From Penicillus capitatus (taxonomy: Eukaryota; Plantae; Chlorophyta), in NCBI GenBank assembly GCA_965649825.1, contig OZ287695.1, forward strand, positions 1,283,081-1,347,080: a stretch of 64,000 nucleotides of DNA, in the 5' to 3' direction. The stretch's first letter is position 1. Each line of letters starts with the position of its first letter. The notes below the pieces were generated by a model. That model was not told where the DNA came from. It did not search any database and saw nothing but the letters and a program-made list of their open reading frames with translations. The position numbers and the translations under genes were made by a program. This document shows positions 51,610 through 64,000 of the stretch, in pieces.

Positions 51610-52420
51610 TTAGAAACTCTTTCCTCTCCACAGTTTCTCAACATCTTCATCGTCATCTGATGGAGAGAGATCATCATCCATGGATGCCTCTCCGGATGTT
51701 GATGGAGTTGGTGCCCGAGGGCCTGGCTTTGGAATTACGGGATGGAGTCGTTTCTGTCTGAATACGTTCACCAGTTCAAGACGCTGTTGTTGCTCATAGT
51801 CGTCCATCTCTTGACGATGGCGTTCTCTTTCTTCCTCTTCTGCAGTCTCCTTCTCTGTGATAGATGTCATAGACGCATTTAGTTCTTGTTGAAATCGCAA
51901 ATACTCTGCATCGTCTCGCTCGGCAGTGCGTTCCCTTTCTAACTGTTTTTTCGATTTCTGCCCAATTGTTTCGAAAAAATCATCCGGAACGCCATCCTGC
52001 GTTTTGTATTCTTCTGGCGCATTCGATGCGACATCTCCTCCGGAATCATCTACTGTTTCATGACGATGCGTGGTGATCGTTTTTTCAGCATCGTCTTTGA
52101 TCATTGGCCGAGAAGCTTTTTTCAGAGGCCCAGGGGGTGGCATCAGAATTCGATCCTGCTCTTCTTTAGTCAGAGTATGCGTTTCCATCGTATTCATTGT
52201 TGTCTGCTTTGCTGCCGCCGATGTAGCTTCGACAAAAGACAGTTCACTAGATGTCTGCTTTGGTCTTTTTACGCATCCCTGAACACGATGTGTCCAAAGA
52301 AGTAGTGACTCCAGAAAACAGAAACGTATTCTTTACCTCAGATACCGTGGAACCGCGCTCTTGAGCTCGTTTCTGACGCGCTTGTCGAAAACGCTCTCTG
52401 AGGTTGGTGGCATCCGACAT
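51610..52420 (-). CDS. ZNF830/CCDC16-like spliceosome-associated protein, zinc finger not apparent; one intron
   Basis: N-terminal LRERFRQARQKR, VPDDFFE (cf. LPEGFFD), EYLRFQQEL, acidic tail ending LWRGKSF (cf. DWRAK). Confidence 0.62.
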
Positions 52421-52677
52421 CTCTGTCGTGTTCACTGGAGTCGCTCTTTCTTCCTGTTATTCTGATAACGATCGAACGGGAGATCGTTGTGGGACGCGTC
52501 TTCACACACTCAAATACTTCGGCAATACTTTGTGACTCTCGACGATCGCCTTGGCGTGCGCAGGTCCGACGGCACTCATTAAATATATCTAATCGTTTTC
52601 ACGACAACGCTTACCCATCCATCTAGTGACGTCTGTGTGCGACGTTCTTTGCGATTTGAAAGTGTTTCGAGCTCGAC

Positions 52678-55603
<2,926 letters not shown>

Positions 55604-55800
55604 TCCATGCGAGGAAGGCCATTGTAAACAGTGGGCTCTTTTCTCTTGTTTTGTACATTGATGCAAGCTGATAGTAGACCTTGACCGGATGACAGCCCTC
55701 TGTAAAATCTCCGTGGCCAATATGGGAAATGGATTTAGAAAAATGCTCATAAATTTTTAATGTCATCGTGATGTGCCGTGAGAGTACAGAAAGTCTCTGA

Positions 55801-56400
55801 AAGCTATCGATAAGCAACGAAAGCGACACAAGAATTATCGACAGACGAACCTGACGATCGATTTGTTGAAAATCGAGCGACCGACTCCTGATTGTCGTCC
55901 ATCGAGCTTCAGTAATAGCTCAAAACCGGCATCCGATCAATCGATTATGAAAAACACAGGAGATCAATTCATGATTGAAGATCGACGATCACACATCGAT
56001 CGAAACGTGATCATCATCGAGTCTGATTAGTGGCGTATTCGAGCAAAAGAACGAGTTCGATCGTGCAGCGGAATATCGATCGAAGCGATCTACAACCAAA
56101 TGTTTTGTTTTGACCCCCTTTTGATCGATCGCGACAGCAGATCGTGACGCGCGTGATTTCGTTTAGAAAATACGTTACGTTTCGTGCGTGCCAATCTGTT
56201 ATGCAAAAGATCTAGGCTCATTGATCCCTGAACGGCGACATCGATGATCGACGCGATGCGATCAAATACTTATAGATCGATTTTCAAGCTGTTCATATCA
56301 CGCACGAGGTTCGCTGAAATTCGTCACGTGCACCTGAAGAATCGACAGTTTCTTTTTCGGTTGTTGATCGATCGACAGAAAAAGATTCGCAACATATCTC
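55801..56400. other. GATC/CGAT-dense non-coding island between convergent MCM4 and ThDP-enzyme genes
   Basis: Hand count of 20 GATC in 600 bp (about 2-3 expected at uniform composition) versus 1 in the next 600 bp. Also contains CACGTG and ACGT cores. Confidence 0.7.
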
Positions 56401-57191
56401 TAAGAAATGCAAACGACAAAAATTGTCCTTGCTAGTCCAGTTTCTCCTTGACCATTAAGGATCCCAAGTCTTCTCCCACTGCATCTGTGTACGAGTTTCT
56501 CCAAACTAACTTCTCTAACAAGCTTTAATTGAAATTCTCAATGACACGTCGGAGTGTCGACAAGTGCAATTTCTTCGTGAAAGATATCGACCACTTATAC
56601 ACAATCCTGAGGACCCCATACCAGCATCTCCACCGCGAAAAGACCTACTATACTATTATTACGACTCTTCTGTCGGACTTGGCTAGGCTGTGGAATTAAG
56701 CTGAAGCTCTGTCTGAAACAGAATCACTCGAACTGATAGCGGCATAACGACTGGAAAAGAGCATGTTTGTTTTTCTCTTGGGCCGTATCTTGTTACAGCT
56801 CGTATTTAATAGAACTCTCTCTTCAACGAACCCTCTATCCTAAGTAATAGCATGCGCTCTGAGCACATGTTGCATCTTATCCGTACACTCCACGGGCGAA
56901 AGGCTTTAAATTATACTCTACGTATTACCGCGTAAAATCGATAAAGGATGTGGTGTTTTCGTGTCACGCACGTGTGGCATGAGGCGACGACGTCATGCAG
57001 AAAAACAGCCTGATATTACAATTGCCCTCGTACAGCTTGCTTGCGTTGACCATGTTTCAACGTATAAAGACAAAGGTCTGAATTCGTCGTCTCCTTAACG
57101 ACAGACAGACCTCCGAATGTTTTCGACTTGAGACAAAAACAACAGTATTAAGGACTCAGAGTAAAACGACAGCATAAAAGCCGTGTGACCG

Positions 57192-58997
57192 TTAATGTAA
57201 AACAGCTTCGATCACGAATGGACCTTTAGTTGACTCTAAAGCGATTTGGAGATAACGCGCCAACTCCTGCGTGTTCTGAGCTTTCGCGGCACGAACGCCC
57301 ATCGACGCCACGAGTTGGACCCAATCGATAGTCGGTTTCGAGAGATCGGTCATCTGTGACAGTGCCGAGCTTTTAAGATGCTGAATGCTCTGTCTCGCTG
57401 TTTCATTCTTGAGTACAGCGTAGCTCCTGTTGGAGCAAATAATAGTGACAATGTGAAGGTTCTCCTTTGCTTGTGTCCAGAAGGCCTGTCGTCATCAAGT
57501 GGTTTATGGAAAAGCAGAGAGGTGGTGAACAGACCTGTGGTGAAAACATGGCACTGCCGTCGGCTTGAAGGTTGATGACGATCCGTTCTGGGCAGGCAAT
57601 GGCTGCGCCGATCGACATGGTAGGCCCACTACCGATGGCGCCTCCTGTTAGAGACAGATGTGTAAATGGCGGACATCCCTTTGAGGATTCCCAGTAAGTC
57701 ACTCCGCTTGTCATAGATTCATCGACAATAATGGCGTTGGCTGGCTGGTGCTTGGCAACGATCACACAGACTTGTTGAGCAGTCAGCCCACTCCTCGAAG
57801 CCACCATGTCTGGATGAGAGGGCGGTGCGAACATACCCAAGCAGTTATGCTCGGGAACAATCGATTGCGCATTCGTCTGCTTGAAAAGGTAACGGATAAC
57901 AGCCTTCGTTGATTTGCCAGCTTCAATTCTCCAAATGCAGTCGTCTCCCAGCGAAATAACTTTGCCGGGTCCATCCTCATATCCAAAGATGGGAACGGGT
58001 ACACAACAGTCCAGGGTCACGATGAGCTCAAATGCAGATAGTTCTTCTTTAGCTTCTTTGGGATATAGCGGAAGTCGACGCATGTGTGGACGACCATTGC
58101 CGCGATCGATTCGAGAAAACCAATTGTGGCAGTACAACACAGCTCTGAGCTTTGCAGCGATCTTGCCAACCATGACAACAGTGTCATCGTCTGCCAGGGT
58201 TGCCTGGCCGCCCACCAGGATGGCCACCTTTCCCTGCTCTTTCTCCCTTATCTTCTGAATGCAGTTGTCAAGAAGGGGCCTCATCTCGTCATTGATGCTC
58301 TCTTCTGCTTCTGGCAACTGCGAAGGATGACCTTCGAACGACGCACTGTTACTGACTTCTTCCCATGACAGATCGTGGGGCACGACGAGTGCAGCGATGC
58401 GACTTTGCGAAGTATTCTCTGGGTAGAAGGCGGCGTCGCGGTAACTTTCATAGGCGGCGAGCTTCAGTTCGTGAATTGTGCGAGGAATGCGGACGGAGTG
58501 TGCTACTGTTCTGGCCAAACCTAAAGACACTCCTCGCTTGTCGGACTTAGCGCAGATCGCACCCCACCTTCGATGTCCATGCTCAGAGGCGCATCAACCT
58601 CGGAGTGCCACGTTGCAACGTTTCCAATGATAGCGACGATCGGACTGCGCGCTTTCTTGGCATTGTGAAAGTTCGCAATACCATTGGCGAATCCCGGTCC
58701 CATGTGCAGGAGACACGCAGCCGGTTTTCCGCGCATCCTCGCATACCCGTCGCATGCGCCGGAGCAGATGGTTTCGTGAAGAGCGAGCACGGATCGAACA
58801 CGTGGCTCCGCGGCTAAAGACTTAACAAGCCACATTTCGGTGGTCCCAGGGTTAACAAAACAAACGTCGACCCCTGCCTTCGCCAGTATTTCGATGACGA
58901 TGTCCGACCCAGTCTTTGCCTTTTGCACGCCAAAGCAATTCTTAAAAGCGGCATAGGGTTTTGAACTGCGGCCGTCCGCCGAGCCAAAACGATTCAT
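57192..58997 (-). CDS. ThDP-dependent enzyme of a bacterial acetolactate-synthase-large-subunit-like / benzoylformate-decarboxylase-like family; two introns
   Basis: GVDVCFVNPGTTEM, LALHETICSGACDGYARMRGKPAACLLHMGPGFANGIANFHNA, DAPLSMDIE, LTGGAIGSG, QADGSAMFSPQ|GFWTQAKENL...NRSYAVL, ending GPFVIEAVLH. Confidence 0.88.
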
Positions 58998-59456
58998 CGC
59001 AAAGACACAATGGAGTCACAATTGTATGGGGCGCAATAGGTTGAGCGACAAACCTAAGCAGCGCTCGGAGGAAATAATAAAGAAAGAATATTTCACGCAC
59101 GAACACACACGAACTGTACTGACGCGGAATTGTTCTTCCAATAGCAACTGTCTGACACAGTAACGAATGGTAAGTGATCATAATGATCTCACAGTCTTTC
59201 GATCACAAGGCGGTCCGTTTGGTGATCTCACTTAATCTCCTTCACAGGATTCCATAAATAACAACTGCAATCTGCACTTCTTTTAAAGACAGGACACCCG
59301 GTGATGTAGCAGCCGAATCATCTGATCAGCTTTATCTGCGAACCACCCGTCGTGTCATACGGCTTGTACGGCAGCCTTGGGGTGAATTGCCCGTTTCCTA
59401 TTCTTACAGAACGTTTTGAACCTAACAGAAGCGATTCCCCTAAAGCAATCCTCTAA

Positions 59457-61052
59457 ATGAAAGAAACTGAAGAAGGAATTGTTTATCAGAAAGTGGAGAT
59501 TCGGCGGTTTCCTACAGAAGTCGGCCGATCACAGAGCGATGGAAGCTACTGGAAGCGATTTCGGATTCAGTCCACGCGGCAAACGGGAACCGTGTCGTTT
59601 CTCAGTTTTTCTCCAGCGTTCCCTCATCGACTAGCAGCGACAAGCGGCACACGTGTCGTGTTGTACGACACCGATCCGCTCAAACCCGCTCAGGCCTTAA
59701 GCAAGTTCTCAGATCTAGCTCACGGCGGGTCTTTTCGGCAAGACGGTCGTCTTCTTGTCGCCGGATCCGAAGAAGGTCACATCAAGGTTCGTCACTGCCT
59801 GACTCCAAAGCGGATGATGGGAGACTCAGGTCTTCAACGTGGGCGATCGTTCACTGCTACGTCAATTTGAAGGACATAAGCGCCCCGTCCGTGTCACTCG
59901 ATTCTGTCGCAGTCAGCTGCAAGTGCTGTCTGGCTCAGATGACACTACTGTTCGTCTGTGGGATCTTTCCGAAGCCAAACAGATCTGCCGACTGGACGGA
60001 CATCTTGATTATGTACGCGCTGGGGTTCAAAGTCCCCGAGCAATGGATCTCTGGGCCACAGGTGGCTACGATCATATATGCCGCTTGTGGGATGTCCGAC
60101 AGCGCCGTAGCGTCATAGAGGTGGATCATGGAGCACCGATCGAATCGGCCGTCTTTCTTCCTTCTGGGACATTGTTAGTGACGGCTGGAGGTCCTTTCTT
60201 ATGTGTCTGGGATGCTTTGACGACCGGCCGACTTTTGCGGAAACTTGAGACGCATCACAAGACCATCACTGTTGTTGATACTCTGCAAATGCCTGAGAAT
60301 TCCTCGGCAGAAGCTCGACTGGTGTCGACATCGTTGGATCAACATGCTAAGATCTATGATCTGAATGAGTTCAGAGTTCTGCACGACACGCGTTACAAAA
60401 GTCCGATCCAGAGCTTCGCATCGACGCCGGATGGTCACAGTTATGCCGTTGGTATGTCAAATGGCACCATTGTCCTAAGAGACAGCCGAAACATGACACT
60501 GACAGAACCTGCGAAAGAAGAGTTGTTGCCGCCTAACACCATCCGACAGAAGAAACCGAGATTGTCGGGATTCAATAAGCTCCTTAGGAAATTTAGGCAT
60601 CGAGTCGACTCAAAAAGGCCGTTCCTTAATGATGTGTGTTGCAGGTATAGAGATGCACTGGACCTGGTTCTTAAGGAGGCAGACATCTGTGTCGTGACAG
60701 CTGTGGTGGAGGAACTGGCAGCAAGAGATGGTCTGGTGGGAGCTTTGTCTGGTCGCTCAGCTGATGACTTGATGCCAATCTTGGCTTTCATAGACAATCA
60801 TGTCGGAAATCCTCAGTTTGCAGAGTTTGTCACTCCATTGCTCGAGATTTTGCTTAACCTGTATGAGGCAGAGGTGAGAATGAGTTTCTGCTTAACGGTG
60901 TCCAATGTGTGATGTTGTAGTTGACCGTCAAACCTTTAGATAAGAAACTGAATTGCATTCTGCGGTCTCTTCAGAGGGAACTCTCGCTTCTGGTCGAAAT
61001 GAAAGGACTGAAGGGCCATCTGGAAGCTGTGCGCTTTAGCAAATTTAACTGA
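59457..61052 (+). CDS. UTP15: U3 snoRNA-associated protein 15 (WD40 + UTP15 C-terminal domain); three introns
   Basis: YQKVEIRRFP...YWKRF, FRQDGRLLVAG, LRQFEGHKRPV, GHLDYVR, TGGYDH, DHGAPIE, HHKTIT, C-terminal VVEELAARDGLVGALSGR. Confidence 0.9.
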
Positions 61053-61568
61053 CATCTTTACGGTACACGCTGTTGTTTTCGCAAAAAAGAGGTCTCGTTA
61101 TTGAAAAGGACTACGCCCTTTGCTCGTCACTTGAACTATAAGGTTTCTTGCGCATCTGACTAAACATGTATACAGGAAAGAAAATGCAATAGAGGGCAAA
61201 GCGCTGACTGGAGTGATATGGATTCATAAGAGGATGCATAAAACAACTTAGAATTCTAGTTCCCACAAGATTCGACGGCGACAGATGCAAAGATACCTGC
61301 AAGGTTTTCTTTCATGCGCATAGATAAACACTAGATGGAAAGCAGATTTTGGAATCGAAACTCCATCATCTTAGATTCCCATCATCACACACACTTGCTG
61401 GCTTTCTGCAAAAGTCGACATCCTGTTGGATGCGAATACACAGGTTGGCTGCCCCAACATTAAGACAACGTTGTAACTGCGAATTGGCGATACTGATAAT
61501 TGCCGTACCGTGCATGATCGAAAAACGTAAGACAACTAAACAACTGACGAAGTCAAATTCAATCAAAA

Positions 61569-61653
61569 AAGGCAATCGTCGAAGGATCGGAGCCGATCGA
61601 AGGCAATCGTCGAAGGATCGGAGCCGATCGAAGGCAATCGTCGAAGGATCGGA
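61569..61653. repeat. Perfect 31-bp tandem repeat, 2.7 copies (aaggcaatcgtcgaaggatcggagccgatcg)
   Basis: Units at 61569-61599 and 61600-61630 plus a partial copy at 61631-61653. Each full unit holds the inverted repeat gatcgg-ag-ccgatc. Confidence 0.9.
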
Positions 61654-61982
61654 CTGGTCTGAACTGACGGATTTGAGCACAGTCGAATCGATTCCGATTG
61701 ATTCTGACTCAGAGCAATGATTTATCAAACGAGTCAGGGCATCAATTTGATTTTGAGAAACAGCCCTCGATTCGATTTGAAGTTAGACGAAAATCACTCG
61801 CAGCCTTTTGCGTCGACAAATGCATTGGCCGTTCGCCATGAGATACGTACGATGACAGACAACATCAACGTTTATCGACAATAAGTTGTTGGTGAAGCTT
61901 TTGTGAGTTCAAAGACATCATATTAGAGGAACTCAGTAGTTTACATTAGTATCTTTATGGCAAACAATCCGTCAGATGACAC

Positions 61983-63539
61983 CTAGTCGGTCTTAATGTA
62001 AAACAATTGGCGCTTTCCGAAATCGTTTTCTCGGAAGGTGCTATTTCCGTGTATTTCTGGAGAATAGACATGGTGTGGATATTGCGTCATTAGCCGATAG
62101 TCTTTTTCCGACGCCTGACGCATTCCCTAGATGCCACAGATTCAATGTCGTGTCTCATGTCTGGCAATATTTGTTTACTTTGATGCGTAAGAAAACAAAA
62201 AGACTGGAAAGGGTATCATCCATGTGGAATCTCCGCTGAACGGAAAGGCCATCCGGAAAGCGTATCGAACACGTAATGACATCTTCTGCATCATCGGCAA
62301 CTTCAGGACCTAGTTCTTGCTCCACTGTTCGATCGATGAATTCCTCAGAGGGGAGCAAGGGGAGCACCTCGTTCTGCGAGGACCCGTGAAAAAAAGCGAG
62401 GATGATCCTGTGCTTACCTGCTGGCCGTCGATGGTGGATATCTCTTCTTGCTTCCGTCTGGCAATTTTGAACGAACTTTGTCTTTTCGACGGGCCAAAGG
62501 ACATTCGATTTGTTTCTTCCAGTCGACTCTTCAGCGTCTCTTGCAGTTCAGCAGAAGGCAAAACATCAACCTCCAAATCTGTCTGGAGTATGGATACCGC
62601 GCCTGCAGGTTCTAATTCAACAACCTACACATCAACGCAGTGGATATCACTATGCACTCCTCTTCCCTCTTACCTTGAGATCATGTTTCTGAAGCGTATC
62701 AATAAGTAATGATATTTCGATGACGTCTCCTTCCGTCAAAGTACTGTAGCGTGAGAGCGTCTCTTCAAGAATCTCTTTTGTGTTGTCGCCCACTGCCTCA
62801 TGAAATCCTTGTTTGATAGGTTGTAAACGGGCAAAGGTGCCATCGAGCAATCTCTTGTAGCATACCTTAACATCTCCCTGGCACTCTCCCTGAAAACCAC
62901 CCCTAAACTCGAGATGTCCATGGACAACAAAGATGCTCACATCTTGACCCCAGAGACAACGTCGTACGTGAGGAGGCAACAAAATGGTTCCTTCTGCTGC
63001 CGAGAAGTGCAGCACACCGACGTGAGTACGATTGCCATTCTCTGTTGTCAATTCGAACAACAACGCTCCATTCCGGTACGCCTCTTGTCGCATCAGTTCT
63101 TGACTCATAGACGCCGGGAGAACAACCTGAAACATTAGTAGAGACTGAGGATTTCATGGCTGCTCCGTCCTTCACTCTACCTTATCCATCCATCTCTTAA
63201 TGCCGTAGCTCTTGGCCATGTCTTCCGACAAGACAGCAGGCGACAGAGTGGCTTCAAGCAACACACCCCTATTGTTCTCTCTTAACTGGTCGCGCCGTTC
63301 CTCTTCCTGAGACGACTTCTGTCTCAAAGAGCAGCAGTGGATAAGGTAACGACCTGTTGGCGACGCTGTTCTTCGAGCAAATGCTTCTCCCTTGCTCGTT
63401 GCTCGATTTCTGCTCTTCGTTTTTTAGCTTCAAGACGTTCCCGTTCGAGTTTCTGGAGCTTTTGCTTTTCTTTGAATTTTCGCTCGACAGATTCTTTTTC
63501 GAATTTGCGTTGACGCGATTCGATTTCTTTGGCAAACAT
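61983..63539 (-). CDS. Cdc48/p97 cofactor-like protein: N-terminal charged helix + UFD1-type domain + C-terminal UBX; multi-exon
   Basis: MDK|VVLPASM...LLFELTTENGNRTHVGVLHFSAAEGTILLP, FARLQP, LEETLSRYSTLTEGDVI (UFD1 fold), EVDVLPS, and IRFPDGLSVQRRFHMDDTLSSLFVF...LMTQYP (UBX). Confidence 0.85.
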
Positions 63540-63604
63540 CTTCCTCTCGATATTCTCAACGATCGGTCGTTTTATATGGACAATCACGTCATGATAACAA
63601 AACA

Positions 63605-64000
63605 TTAGTTGACAGTCGTGCAATCGCTGGAAACGTCTCGATCATTCTCTGTGTTGATTTTTCCCTCAAGCTCGACGATTCTAAGCTGACTCTTTCGCAA
63701 ATCGCGCTCTCTCGCATGTAGCAAACCCTATGATCGACAGCGATCCGATAAGACCGATATATCGAAGGGCATGCACCTGAAGGCGTCGCATCGACGCGAT
63801 GACAGGTGATGTTGAATCGCAACTCTCTTCGCTCTGCATCGATTCGCTGAGGCGTCTCTCCAGTTCCTCGATCTGTTGCTGCAATGCAAAACGTTCGCGT
63901 TCCAGTGTAGCAACAGAACATCTGCCACATGATGGTCGCTGTAAAGAGAACGATTTGCTTATCGATTTACTTGAGAATGTCGTTCTCTCGGATGTTCTCT
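63605..64000 (-). CDS. 3' exons of a coiled-coil protein, truncated by the window end
   Basis: ENIRENDILK|CSVATLERERFALQQQIEELERRL...RRLQ|GLLHARERDLRKSQLRIVELEGKIN...TVN*, with two GT-AG introns. Confidence 0.65.

Noticed and set aside
56922-56932. gtattaccgcg, complementary to the conserved SSU rRNA 519 region
   Set aside because: Isolated 11-mer with no flanking rRNA similarity and no adjacent D box.
59290-59410. Possible H/ACA or C/D snoRNA in the UTP15 leader
   Set aside because: Box-like words are present, but spacing and hairpins do not fit.
61569-61653. 31-bp palindromic repeat as a CRISPR array
   Set aside because: Units are directly adjacent with no spacers, there are no cas genes, and the context is eukaryotic.
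61349-61728. 123-aa plus-strand and 120-aa minus-strand ORFs over the repeat
   Set aside because: Both rely on non-ATG or internal starts, run through a non-3n repeat and resemble no family.

Overview
This is eukaryotic nuclear DNA from a very compact genome, most likely a green alga (Chlorophyta), with a flagellated stage suggested by DNAL4. About 32 protein-coding genes fit into 64 kb, many as head-to-head pairs only 75-260 bp apart. Most are split by tiny introns (usually 43-64 nt) with weak 5' splice sites and several GC-AG junctions. The chlorophyte-type poly(A) signal TGTAA follows many, but not all, stop codons. The genetic code is standard. The supplied ORF track is fragmentary because of the introns, so I reassembled gene models by hand from GT/GC-AG junctions and remembered family motifs; starts and some junctions are approximate. 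Recognisable genes: Tic62/PTAC16-like, CCAR1, NUP35, a divergent 2-oxoacid dehydrogenase E1, an EGF-ABCG transporter, ProRS, RPL6, DNAL4, pseudouridine-5'-phosphate glycosidase, RPS25, SDH3, EMC5, GCN2, VMS1/ANKZF1, a RING E3, MTR4, CBSX, TIC20, a sorting nexin, ZNF830-like, MCM4, a bacterial-type ThDP enzyme, UTP15 and a UFD1-UBX protein. I found no rRNA, tRNA, CRISPR array or intact transposon. The best novelty candidates are: (1) one gene fusing an ~8-TM UPF0658-like domain, a PLC-delta-type PH domain and an intact TKL kinase; (2) an E1 dehydrogenase with a calmodulin-like EF-hand-pair insertion and a hybrid OGDH/DHTKD1 substrate motif; (3) GATC-dense islands that may be 6mA/promoter elements, one with no annotated gene; (4) two candidate bicistronic pairs; (5) a bacterial-family ThDP enzyme that has gained introns; (6) GCN2 head-to-head with VMS1. 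No database searches were run; family assignments come from recalled motifs.
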